This document shows positions 1 through 11,666 of a stretch of 64,000 nt of DNA, one piece after another. The translations under genes and the position numbers were made by a program. Under the pieces are notes generated by a model. It did not search any database and was not told where the DNA came from. It saw nothing but the letters and a program-made list of their open reading frames with translations. The stretch is from Naegleria gruberi (Eukaryota), in the NCBI GenBank assembly GCA_000004985.1, contig GG738847.1, one strand, 5' to 3'. Each line of letters opens with the position of its first letter. The first letter of the stretch is position 1.

Positions 1-327
1 CAAACCCAAACCCAAACCCAAACCCAAACCCAAACCCAAACCCAACCCAAACCCAAACCCAACCCAAACCCAAACCCAAACCCAAACCCAAACCCAAACC
101 CAAACCCAAACCCAAACCCAAACCCAAACCCAAACCCAAACCCAAACCCAAACCCAAACCCAAACCCAACCCAAACCCAAACCCAAACCCAAACCCAAAC
201 CCAAACCCAAACCCAAACCCAAACCCAAACCCAAACCCAAACCCAAACCCAAACCCAACCCAAACCCAAACCCAAACCCAAACCCAACAAACCCAAACCC
301 AAACCCAACAAACCCAAACCCAAACCT
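1..327. repeat. Telomere: about 54 tandem CCCAAA units on the + strand, with occasional CCCAA variants. This is the C-rich strand of a left chromosome end (G-strand TTTGGG).
   Basis: A perfect 6-nt periodic repeat begins at base 1. The C-rich strand reading 5'->3' into the chromosome is the orientation expected at a left telomere. Confidence 0.9.
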
Positions 328-395
328 AAAAACCTAAAAACCCAAACCTAAAAACCCAAACCTAAAAATCTAAACCTTTGAACCTAAAGTTGAAA
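328..395. repeat. Degenerate telomere-associated repeats (CCTAAAAA, CCCAAACCTAAAAA) forming the telomere to subtelomere transition.
   Basis: The CCCAAA unit decays into aacctaaaaacc-type variants and then loses periodicity. Confidence 0.7.
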
Positions 396-1039
396 TACCA
401 GACCCAATGTTTCAAAGTTCAAACCCTAGCCCAAATTATTGAATATTATATCATTCGATTGTAAATGATGAGTAGAACAATGTATTATATTTAGTTTTTC
501 AATTTATAAAATATTAACTTTGTAAATAATGTCAGATTAAAAATTATAAAATGAAACCATAGGAAGAATGATAATTTCAAAATCCTTTAATGAGATTATA
601 TAGTATATATCTTCACTAACAACATTCATAATCACTCTCATATGAAATTTCTAAACTTCATGTCGGTAGGTATAAAAGTATCAAGTGAAAAGGGAAGATG
701 TGAGGTAAAAGAGGTCAACTATAACTTTTGAGTTTCTCATCAAAACATATTGAATCCAGACATGAAAATGTTCCATTTGATTAGTAAACATCGAATATCA
801 AATTTATTTTAACTTTCATATTTAAAGATTTCTTCCCTCAACCACACATGGTCAACTATGATGAAAAGGTGGAAATCTTGATAAAGGACCACCTATTGAA
901 ACTTTACCAAAATGATTTATATGATCTATAGTGATATAGAATTCAATTTCATATCATAAGAATTAGAAATGGTACCATGGGAATGTAAATGTTGATTTTA
1001 CAAAGTTGACTGANAGGAAAGACAAGTCAGATCAAGTCT

Positions 1040-1507
1040 NNNNNNNNNNNNNNNNNNNNNNNNNNNNNNNNNNNNNNNNNNNNNNNNNNNNNNNNNNNNN
1101 NNNNNNNNNNNNNNNNNNNNNNNNNNNNNNNNNNNNNNNNNNNNNNNNNNNNNNNNNNNNNNNNNNNNNNNNNNNNNNNNNNNNNNNNNNNNNNNNNNNN
1201 NNNNNNNNNNNNNNNNNNNNNNNNNNNNNNNNNNNNNNNNNNNNNNNNNNNNNNNNNNNNNNNNNNNNNNNNNNNNNNNNNNNNNNNNNNNNNNNNNNNN
1301 NNNNNNNNNNNNNNNNNNNNNNNNNNNNNNNNNNNNNNNNNNNNNNNNNNNNNNNNNNNNNNNNNNNNNNNNNNNNNNNNNNNNNNNNNNNNNNNNNNNN
1401 NNNNNNNNNNNNNNNNNNNNNNNNNNNNNNNNNNNNNNNNNNNNNNNNNNNNNNNNNNNNNNNNNNNNNNNNNNNNNNNNNNNNNNNNNNNNNNNNNNNN
1501 NNNNNNN
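1040..1507. other. Assembly gap (run of N). A single n also occurs at 1014.
   Basis: 468 consecutive n characters. Both flanks carry a related 36-nt motif (aagttgactga.aggaaagacaagtcagatcaagtct and aaggttgacttgggaggatcaggaggaagtcttga), so the gap probably sits in a collapsed minisatellite. Confidence 0.95.
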
Positions 1508-2617
1508 TTGGTAATATCCATAATTCAGTAAGGTAAAGAGTGATTTATCAAGGTTGACTTGGGAGGATCAGGAGGAAGTCTTGAATATAGAGAACCAAAT
1601 CCTCAATCAACAAAATACATATCAATCGATTGGAAATCAATAGTACATCTCGAAAATATCATTTATTTTATGTTTTGAAATCTCTCCTTGACCTAATTTG
1701 GTCAATTAAGACAATAAAGGATTACACTATAGGGAAAGTTACCAATATCAAAATAAATGATACTATCATGTTTAACATCTCAAATAAAGTGGACTTTCTT
1801 CAAATTATATATTTTCATTTCAAGAAATACATCCGGTAGATAGTACATGGTGATATTTCAAGTGAATGGATGGAAATCTGAAAGGTACAGAAACAACTCC
1901 ATTTTCACTGAAATTGATATCATGATATGTAGACACTCTAATTAGCATATGGTATCAATTTTATAAATATTGGTTCAGTAAATGTCCTGTTGTCAACTCT
2001 ATCACTTTATTATGGACTTTTGACATGATATCATAGATTATACTCCAAATCACTCAATTTACATGCAATAAATCAAAAATTGATATCACATAATCTAGAC
2101 ATCATTTAAGTATATATAAACAAGTTTAGAAACAATTCATGATACTTTCATTCAACCAATCGGTTCATGTTCAATGTCAACAGTATTAATATCCTAGTGA
2201 ACTCTCTATCTCAATGAAAGTAGGTTCAATCAATATATAACTTTACCATATATATTAAATCACTTTATTAATTATATGGTATCATTTACAGTCTGTTAGA
2301 ATTATATTCAGTATGATAATAATATCATTCTTCCAAAAAGTCAGCTTTCATCACAAAGATCACACTCCATCCCATTCATTTTGCAAAATATCATATTAGT
2401 GTAAAATATGAATACACTCCTCTTTATGTGGATAACAATCTGGAACAGTTTCATATTCATAGTTCAATATCTTAAAGTTGCAACCAATCCATAACACAAT
2501 ATTTTAACGTAGATAAAATCGATTTACTTTGAAAAGTAATCTTAAAAATTATACGCCAAAATAGAGCAGCTTTCTTACTTGTCTTTCTTGTAGTGTTAAA
2601 TTTATTTGTCCGAAAAC

Positions 2618-2790
2618 CCAAGAATCTAAACCTAAAAACCTAAAGCTAATTGAATATTCAATCTCATACCGGAAAAGATTCTTATTTGCGGAAAAAGATT
2701 CGAATCTTAGCGAATCTTCAATCAATTTCGAATGGAAACCGAATCTAAGAATCCAATAATATCGAAATCTTTACCACTTTCCAAATAACA
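2618..2790. repeat. Interstitial telomere-like remnant (aaacctaaaaacctaaag) followed by a cluster of about 6 GAATCT / CGAATCT motifs.
   Basis: Visible by inspection. It matches the degenerate CCTAAAAA units at 330-390 and lies 2.3 kb internal to the true telomere. Confidence 0.5.
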
Positions 2791-5504
2791 ACGCAAACAA
2801 CAAATACACCAAATCTCGATATCTAGATAGAAAGTATATACTTTTTTTAAAACTTTACTGAAAAACCTTTCCAAAAGCCCAAGATTCACTTAAAGACTCT
2901 ATATTAGATCATAAAGACCATGGTGCCACCGAAGTAACAAATCAAAACAACTCTAATCCAAACCCAAATATTACCTATCTAGATGATATAATGATGATTC
3001 TCCATAGTTACATGCATGTGTAATTGAATGTTGACACTTTTCATCTTGTTATATTTATAGAGTTGGTATCCAACAGAGTCAGTTCACAATATTAAATATT
3101 GAAACTCATTCTATATGACATGTTTGATGTATGGAACGGGTTTTTATTGATTGTAATCAGTTTGAAATAATTTGATGAAATTGACACTGTCTAGTCACCA
3201 TTACATAACAAATAGACCATAGTTTACATTCCATCTCAGTCATTTCAACGAGTTATTGATTTATTCCACCACCATTATGTTTCTCATACATTTTAGTGCA
3301 GTTTATATTTCAAGTGTGATTTCTGTGTAGATTATTATAATCGTAATACCTTGCAATACCAATAAAACTCAATAGAAGAGTTAATTCTTCTCATTTTCAA
3401 ATAGATTATTCAATATAGAACACATCTAGATAGTTTCCATATCATAAAAGTCAAGCTACTATATATGGTCTTTGATTAAATAAATAGACTGCCGTTAATT
3501 ACTGGAATATTAATTCAATGCTTGTTGATCAAGCTATTGATTGAAATCAAACCGATTATTGAATATTGATCATTGAATTGGTGAATAATCACTCTTGATA
3601 ATGTTACTTATTCATATTGCATGCAAATCAACCTGATTCAATCTACAAAGGTTGGTAGTTGCACCACTTCGTGGCGAAACTACCCATCCACGATCAATCA
3701 ACATGTGATTCACTTCCATTCAACTCAATTTGACCGTTATAATCAATAAATCAATGAAATGTTCCTTTATTAGCAATACCTATTCAATCTAATGAGTAGA
3801 TTCACGTCCCAAACATTTGACTTCTAAAAGTCCATAATTCAAAAGTTGATACTGACCTGACCTTTATATATCTATCAATATAAGAAATGAAACCATCAAA
3901 TTTACATCATTAATAGATGATAAGAAATATAATCAATGATATGAATCTTCACTAAGTAATCTCTTAAATAACCCAAATAAATCAACTCTGAATCCTAATA
4001 AACTTTTATTAGTACTATTGTAGATGTACCATATCAATTATTTCGTCTTGTTTCGTTGAAACCATGAAGATTTTGATTTTTCTGTTTTTAATTAAATTTC
4101 ACATCACCTACATTGTCTCCTATGATGAAAAGTATATAGGAAGGATGTAAGCAATACATAGTTGATACTCTATTCATTGTTTGCTGTTTTATGGTGTATT
4201 CGAGATTTTGAAATTTTGAGAAATATCCAGAGGTAATTCACCAAATAATTATAATTCCTCTTTAAATGAAATGAGGAGGGATTCATGCTATGATTATTTG
4301 GAAGAGCCACATAGATTTTGGACACTATCTGAACGGAAATGAGGTAGAAAGAGTACAATCTTCAAGACCAAACAATTTAGGTCCTATTCATGTTGGATTT
4401 CTGATGGTTAGGTTCTAAGGGCAATCCTAAAGTCACCTTTCCACACAATAAAAGTAGCAGATGATAACATTTCTAAACTTTGTTTATTGGTATAAATTTG
4501 GAATGACACTACGGTGCGACTTTTATGGAAAGGAATAAAATTGGCACAGCTCATCGTGCGATAATTATGGCACACAACAACTGGAAAGAAACTCTAATTT
4601 TATTTGGGAGAACTTGATTAGTTACCTAACTACCATCAATTCTGAAAACATTAAAACATCACTAAATTCATCCTTGCTGAATATATCGACCGAGTCATCA
4701 GTTTCCGACTGTGACCTTAGTAGAGTTTCACGCTATCCATTTTGGAGGAAAATTTGTTAACTGTAAGAATTGCTTAAAGCACATTAAGGATCCAAATGAC
4801 GAACCATTCCAAGGTTTGCCTCAAGAATGGGATTTTTGTTCATATTGTCAAAATGGAATAGAACCTTCTAAAATAGTATACAATTACTCTGTGTCTGTCC
4901 ATCATCCATTCAAACAGGTTTACAAAAATATTAATATTAATATTAATTTTACCAGACTGTTCGGAATGGTCAATAGTAGGAGAACTTTCTCTGATCCATT
5001 TTGATCAAGTTATGATAGGGATCATGAAATATTTCTGCGAATTTTGAAAGTACTTGGACCATAACTCAACATGCACTTCACCAACTTGAATCATGTCTTT
5101 TAGTACTACTATTTAAATAGATAATAATAAACATCATATTTATTATCAGATTTTTGTCATGTTGTCAATTTACCAAGTTTCTATATTTGCATGCAATCGG
5201 GCTCAAATCAAACAACAATAAAACAACAATTCATAATGTTTATTATATTAATAATTTCGAGTCTTGTAGCATAATTTGTGAAAATCATGGTGATGTTGAA
5301 ACATCACGAATAGCATGTCATTCATCCATTAACCCTCTGTTCCTATTGGATACTTTACTTTTAATGTTTGTGATACTTTACTATTATATTCCTTTAAATT
5401 AATGGAGATAGAAGGTATTACATCAGCTCATAAAAAATAGCAAGCCAAATATATTTCCTCTTCCTTTCAACGACACAAACAGTTTGTGAAAGCAGGATGA
5501 AAAA

Positions 5505-6567
5505 ATGAGTCAAATTGAAACAACAGAAAATCACTCAGTTGCAAATAAGGATCATCAAAAAAAAGCTAAGGAAAAACGTAGTAAGGAGGAGGAAGGAAAA
5601 TGTCTTCCTATCACGACAATTATCAAGTTAATAATTACCATATTTTTCTGGTTATTGTGTATTGGTATTTTCATTTGGTACGTGGTAGACAGTGTGGAAG
5701 TTTATTTGGTTGCCTTACCGGTAACTTCCATGTCGTACCAGAAGTATGAAAGTATTCCCTATCCAGCCGTAACAGTGTGTAACTTTAATGCTCTAATCGA
5801 TTGTACAACATGTGGTCTTTCCCTTCACAAAACTTATTCAGTGAATGCATCAACCGGAACACCAGAGGAGGCTACCATTCCAAACAAGTATGTGGAAATT
5901 GATGCTGGTGTTGGAGGATTATTCAGATGCATTACTTTCAACAATAATTCGGCACTTCATGCTGCTGAAGAAATTGGTTATTCGGGCTCATATTCTTTGT
6001 ATTTTCACGTTCCAAAGATGGCTACCGATAGAAATAATAGATACGGACTTCAAGTATCATTCCATGAACCAGGAACAACTCCTGATGTTTTTGCAGAGAC
6101 AAACTTTTGTTTGGAAGAGGCTGACAATAGCTTTGTTCTTAGTAAGGTTAGAACTCAGAGAGTGAAAGCCACAAAAGAAGAACCAAATTTAGAAAGTGTT
6201 AGATGGGTAAGTTGTTTCAAATAATTCAATAGCTTATAATTATAATAGTCATTTCAAAGATCTTCCATTGCCCTAGCAAAGAAAGTTGAAGGGCTCATTG
6301 TTATTTCCTTCTCTTATGGAACTTTGAATGAATCTAAAAATAAGGAAGTTAGAACTGCAACCATTGAAAAGATTCTGGGTGAAATCAGTGCTATCTTGGT
6401 AGCCTTAATGGTAAGTTTCAATTTTGAAATATTAAATATTAATGAATGAACATCTTTAGGGTATTGATGGTTTAAAGTTCTTCAATGCTGTCATTGAACT
6501 TGGATATTCATTTAAAAAGAAGACTTTGATGAATGTTTGGAAGATTTTCAACAAGGGAAGGTGGTAA
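5505..6567 (+). CDS. Compact DEG/ENaC/ASIC-like membrane protein, paralog A (about 323 aa). It has 3 exons at 5505..6206, 6249..6410 and 6460..6567, with introns of 42 and 49 nt.
   Basis: The ORF track gives exon 1, which ends ...VRW followed by gtaagt. Exons 2 and 3 were recovered by homology to paralog B (SSIALAKKVEGLIVISFSYGTL... and GIDGLKFFNAVIELGY...). TM1 (IIKLIITIFFWLLCIGIFIWYVV) is followed by YPAVTVCNFNA. The ectodomain carries YGLQVSFHEPGTTPDVFAETNF. A C-terminal hydrophobic segment LGEISAILVALMGIDGL follows. Confidence 0.75.
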
Positions 6568-6614
6568 AGGAACGAAGTAAATGGTTTAAAATATTATAAA
6601 TTGAAACTACTTTA

Positions 6615-7805
6615 TTAATTGAAAACCTCCCAAATTGGTCTCAATGATTTGTAAGGAATTGCAAATGGAATTTCAATGAAACCTCTAATAATCTTCATTA
6701 CATCCAATCCAGCCAACACACCAATAATTGCTCCAATTTCACCCAATACTGTTTCTATATTTGTTGATGACATTTCTTCAATTTCGTATTGGTTCAGAGT
6801 TGCATAAGCAAATGAGACAACAATGATATCTTCCTCTTGTTCAGTCAATCCAATCGAGGCCATGGATGCTTTCTAAATATGTTTCACAAAAATATTGAAT
6901 TATATGATTGGTAGTGAAAATAAACTTACCCATCTCATTTCTTCACCTTTTGATGTACTACTACTGCTTGAACTATCTCCCCCTGACGATTCTGCTGATC
7001 GAATTGAGTGCGTAGTTGTTGCTGATCCACTTTCACTTGAACTGCTTGATTCATGAGTATCTAAATATTTGGTGTGATACTTGGTAAGGATGAAGAAATT
7101 GTCCACTCCTGCCATGGCAAAATTAGTCTCCGAAAGAACATCAGGAACTGTGCCCTGTTTGTGAAAGGATATTTGTAATCCATACCTAGAGTAAGTGTTG
7201 GAAGGCATCTTTGGCACTTTAAAAAAGAGAGAATAGGAAGCTCCATATCCAGTTAGAGTAGCTTCTGGAATTGGATGATGAGTATCATTATTAATGACAA
7301 TGCAATGGAAATCACCAATCACAGTTGATTCATAATGAGTCTCATAATCAACAATGGATCCATTGTCTAATACTCTAGTTGCATGTTCCAAAGTGAGGCC
7401 ACAAGTATCGCAGTGTTTTAAGGCATTATAATTACAAACAGTAATGGCAGGAAAAGCCATCGGAATGTGTTCTACTAGAGAGAGTGCAGTTATTGGATTG
7501 TGTAAGGCATGAAGGTAATGATTCACCACATCATAAATAAACCATATTGTGAAACCAATAGCAGCAATCCAACACAGGAATATAATAATTTCCTTATATT
7601 TAATTCCAAGAGGTAATTTAGGAAATCCAAATCCATTCTTATCCCATTTCTTTCCTTCCTTTTTGACGGTATTGGTAGATGAAGGGACAACTTTGGTACT
7701 CGTCGATGATGACTTTACAGCATCCGTACTCTCTTGCAGGCTTGGAGGTAGAGAACTACCACCTTGTTGTTGATTCTCTTCCACCCTAGGAGAATCTAGA
7801 TTCAT
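6615..7805 (-). CDS. Compact DEG/ENaC/ASIC-like membrane protein, paralog B (about 377 aa). It has 2 exons at 7805..6930 and 6872..6615, with a 57-nt intron.
   Basis: ORFs 6900..7805 and 6615..6863 join through gtaagt...atttag. Key motifs are FPAITVCNYNALKHCDTCGLTL, YGLQISFHKQGTVPDVLSETNF, and a C-terminal LGEIGAIIGVLAGLDVMKII that resembles ASIC pre-TM2/TM2 LGDIGGQMGLFIGAS. Confidence 0.8.
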
Positions 7806-7941
7806 TTTTCTCTCAGCCTGTAAAAATTTTTTGATGATGCATCATTGAGGTGTGTAACGAACAACGTACTTGCTTGACATGGTGGGCCTTTGGATTTCTA
7901 CCTTATTGACGATAAAGAGGTCTCAAATTGAAGGAAAAAAA

Positions 7942-9000
7942 ATGTCGGCCAGCGTGGAGTTGAACGATGTTAATACATCGAATATTAAGCAAGAGAAAAA
8001 GAAGATCGAGGAACATCATGAGGTTACGAATCATCCTGTAGAGGGAGAACGAGGTGGTAATCATCATGGAGAAGATGAAGAATCGGAAGCTGATTGCTTA
8101 CACTCTAAGATTGGATACTCTATTAAGGATTTAATTCTTCTATGCCTTTGGTTCATTCTGGTAGGATTATATATTTGGTATCTTGTTGAATTGGCGATAA
8201 CAATTGATGAGGAATTAAACCATCCAACAACATCAGTCTCCTACGTTGAAAAGATTCCTAAGGATTTACCTCAAGTCACTGTGTGTAATTGGAATTCATA
8301 TTATGCTTGTGGTGAGAGATGTAATGTAACTCTAGTTGATTGTTCGGAAGTGGATTCTGAGGGAACTCCAATACCTTGTGTACATCATCCTCGGTTCATT
8401 CAATATGAAAAGAATGGTAACACTTTTCATTGTTATCAATATAATTATGATGAGCATCATCCTATTCAAGTTTCTAGGACTGGTTATGCGGGAAGTGTCT
8501 CATTGTACCTAAATTTCCCAACCATGCCTGAAACTGAGACCAATAGAAATGGCCTTCAGGTGACATTTAACAAAATTGGAGAGGAACCAAATGTTTTGGA
8601 TGAAACTAATTATGCCTATGAGAATGTAGATAATTTCTATGTCATGACACACGTTGTTGTGGAAACCTTGGCTAAGAATGATAATCATCAACCTGAATAT
8701 TGGGATTTATCCTATTCCAGAATTGGAACTGCTTCAATGGGTAATGTTACTGTAGTTTCATTCTGTTATGCTAGTTTGAATATCAATGATATTAAGGAAG
8801 TTCAAACTGTCACCAATATTGAAATTTTTGCCAAAGTTTGTGAAATGTTATTAATTCTCGTGGTAGGTTTTTAATTTATTATCAATAATACTTATAATTT
8901 GAAGGGTATCGACTTTATCAAGGTAATTAGAGGAATATTGCTCATTCCAGAAGCAATCAAATACAATGAATTCAAGGAAATTTTTGAAACTTTCATATAA
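7942..9000 (+). CDS. Compact DEG/ENaC/ASIC-like membrane protein, paralog C (about 338 aa). It has 2 exons at 7942..8862 and 8905..9000, with a 42-nt intron. An alternative upstream ATG lies at 7870.
   Basis: The ORF track gives 7870..8874. The start at 7942 is preferred because of its aaaaaaaATG context. The C-terminal exon GIDFIKVIRGILLIPEAIKYNEFKEIFETFI was found by paralog homology. Motifs are LPQVTVCNWNSYYACGERCNVTL and NGLQVTFNKIGEEPNVLDETNY. Confidence 0.7.
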
Positions 9001-9200
9001 TTTGTAATGTTACTCTTTCTGATCCAGTTGACTTAACAACAGTTTAAACTACCTGGTTTTTTTAATGTTGGTGAATCTGTGTGGATTCAAGAATCCTTCA
9101 ACCACTTCTAGAAACCTTTAATTTTGTAAAGTCAGCTCATCAAAAGTTCCTGTTTCATCTTATTTTATTTAAAATATAATAAAAAATCTTCACATTTGCA

Positions 9201-10457
9201 ATGATGGAGAATGTTGCCGCTGTTGATGAAGATGGAATAACAACACTAGATTTTCCAATATCTTGGTATTCTTGTTATAGACACGATTTGATACCAGATG
9301 ACAGTTATCATCCAGTTTTACTCGGAGCAGAAAATGTACTCACTCATTGCCCTACTATATTCCTGTTCGGAGGTTTGTTTTGTTTTAATAGAATATTATT
9401 TGATTAATAATGATGATCAAATAATATTTATTAATATATTTACAAAATTGATTAATTAATATTGAAAATTAATTTGGGAATGATAGGATCTCTCTCACAA
9501 ACAAAACGTTTTAATACAATTTGGATTTTAACGGTATCACACAATATGGTTTCATCTCATAGCTCAACGAAAGATTATGAACAAGTTAAATGGGAAATTG
9601 TCAGTCCAAGCACTGAACATATTCCATGTGCCAGAGAATTTCCCTGTATTTCCTATGATAAGGGCAATCAGTGTGTCTATTTGTTTGGAGGATTTGGAGA
9701 TGGGCAGAGAGGTGGCTATTTGAATGATTTTTGGAAATTTGATTTGAAATCAAGGGAATGGATAAATATAGAAACAACTGGAAGTATTCCTTCAGCAAGA
9801 TGTGGATGTTCTGGAAGTTATGCAGCATCTAGAGAAAAGTTCTTTGTTTTTGGAGGGTATCACGGTGATTATTTGAATGATTTTTATGAATTGGATTTGA
9901 AAACTAGGGAATGGAAAGCACTCAATTATACACACGATATTCCATCCTTGACAGTTCTAACTCTGAATAATGACATATCTGACAATTATTTAACAATATT
10001 TGGCGGATTCAATTCACGTCTTTATACAACCAATATGTATCATTACAATCTTGATACCCAACAGTGGAAAACTGCAGCAACTGAGCTGATAAATATAAAG
10101 GGAGAAGGTTCTTCACATTCGAGGTGCCTTACATTGAGAGGAAAATACAAGAATAACATTCCAAATAGGAATAATTTCCTCATACTTTTTCATGACGCTG
10201 GTGCAAATATATTCGAATATGACGAGGAAGAATCCCAGCTCATTAAATACCAACCAACACAAGAATTACAAGAAATATTCAGAACATTAGAGGCCAAGTT
10301 TATTGCTGAAATCAATGAAAATACTCTTCTAATATTGGGAAAATCAACACTATCCCTTATTGAAAGTAGAAAATTCCAACCAACCAAAAGTTTGGACTAT
10401 TTTACTCAAAATTTGAAAGAAAGAACCAAATACTTCTCTGATATAGTATTCCTCTAG
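9201..10457 (+). CDS. Kelch-repeat protein (about 380 aa). It has 2 exons at 9201..9372 and 9487..10457, with a 114-nt intron.
   Basis: Repeated kelch signatures (IFLFGG, VYLFGGFGDG..YLNDFWKFDL, FFVFGGYHGDYLNDFYELDL, LTIFGGFNS). ORFs 9201..9407 and 9462..10457 join in frame through GGAG followed by gtttgt...gatag followed by GATCT. Confidence 0.75.
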
Positions 10458-10600
10458 CTGCTTTATAAAAATCCAATCAGTTTTACCCTATTATACATTG
10501 TAATCTTTGATATCTCCATCCCGCCCATTTTTTTGACTAATCATTATTCATATCGCAATGCAAATCAAGGGCGGTTAAGGTGAACTTTAAACTAAAAAAA

Positions 10601-11389
10601 ATGGGCAATCAACAAGCTTCATCCACAAACAACAAGAATAGAACTCCTGAGGAATCTCCTTATCCAACCAATCGAGCAAGCGCTGTTAATTCAGAACATT
10701 TTGAACAGGTTTATAATAGTGTGAGTGGTGTATCGAGTGAATTTAAGGCAAACGATCCCGAAGTATTGAATGCATTGGTTGAAAGTTATCGGGATTCATT
10801 TGCTAAATATATGAAAAAGATGGAAAAGAAGTTGAAAAAGTTACCTCTGAATTTGGATCAAATGGTTTCGATTGATAAGAACAAGTTGATGGATTTACAT
10901 TTAAAGTTACCAACTAGTTTCTATAAGGCCAGAGTTAGTGCAAGTTTTAAATTTACCGAAAAGGGAATTTATAAGGTTTTCAATGAATTGATTAAAAGTG
11001 GAAGAATCCACAGCGATAATTATCTTTCCATTTCAATGAAGAAGTGTATTCATAGAAATGATTTGGTTCCATTCATTGAAAAATTCACAGAAGAACCATT
11101 AGATTTGCAAGATTATATTTGGAGCTTTTTGTCATTTAGAATTGATGAGGAAACTAAGGATTTCTCAATTACTGAAACCATTGATGATACTTCCACACGT
11201 TTTGGTCAAGCTGCTCTATTCTGTACAACTCTATTGAGTCCTTTTGCTCCAGCAGCTGTTGAAGGAAACAAGACATACACATCAGTTTCATTGGATTTGG
11301 GAGAAGATTTCACATGTTCAGATTTTAAAGTTGAATTCATTCAAGAACCACCACACAAAACACAAAATACAATCACTCACCATAATTAA
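10601..11389 (+). CDS. Hypothetical protein (about 262 aa) beginning MGNQQAS, a possible N-myristoylation site. No recognised domain.
   Basis: ORF track 10580..11389. The ATG at 10601 in an aaaaaaaATGGGC context is preferred. Single exon. Confidence 0.5.
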   Translation: MGNQQASSTNNKNRTPEESPYPTNRASAVNSEHFEQVYNSVSGVSSEFKANDPEVLNALVESYRDSFAKYMKKMEKKLKKLPLNLDQMVSIDKNKLMDLHLKLPTSFYKARVSASFKFTEKGIYKVFNELIKSGRIHSDNYLSISMKKCIHRNDLVPFIEKFTEEPLDLQDYIWSFLSFRIDEETKDFSITETIDDTSTRFGQAALFCTTLLSPFAPAAVEGNKTYTSVSLDLGEDFTCSDFKVEFIQEPPHKTQNTITHHN

Positions 11390-11666
11390 ATATATTTTAA
11401 TCATTTATAATTAGAAGTTGGAACTTGTTTGTAAATTCAATTTGGAGCAGACAGTTGATGATTTTGAAAGATTGGTCGTCTTGCAACCAATAGAAAACAT
11501 TCATTTGATGGATAAGCGCAATATTACAATCATTTGTCTCTAATTGAATTTCAAATAAAACCCTTCTGTTAGCAGCTGCTTTCTATGCAAATATACAATT
11601 CATTAAAAAAACAAACCACCACATCCTAACGGTATATGCTACTTCTCTTAATAATTCTTTCAAACA

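Noticed and set aside
1006-1536. ORFs 1006..1536 (+) and 1027..1521 (-) translated as runs of X
   Set aside because: They span the N-gap. This is an artefact of translating ambiguous bases.
4711-5402. Short ORFs 4711..5004 and 5154..5402 in the subtelomere
   Set aside because: They have non-ATG starts, no motif and AT-rich low-complexity codon usage unlike neighbouring genes. They are probably non-coding.
7870-7941. Upstream ATG at 7870 as the start of paralog C
   Set aside because: It would leave only 65 bp between the divergent starts of paralogs B and C. The ATG at 7942 has the A-rich context used by other genes. This is not excluded, only less likely.
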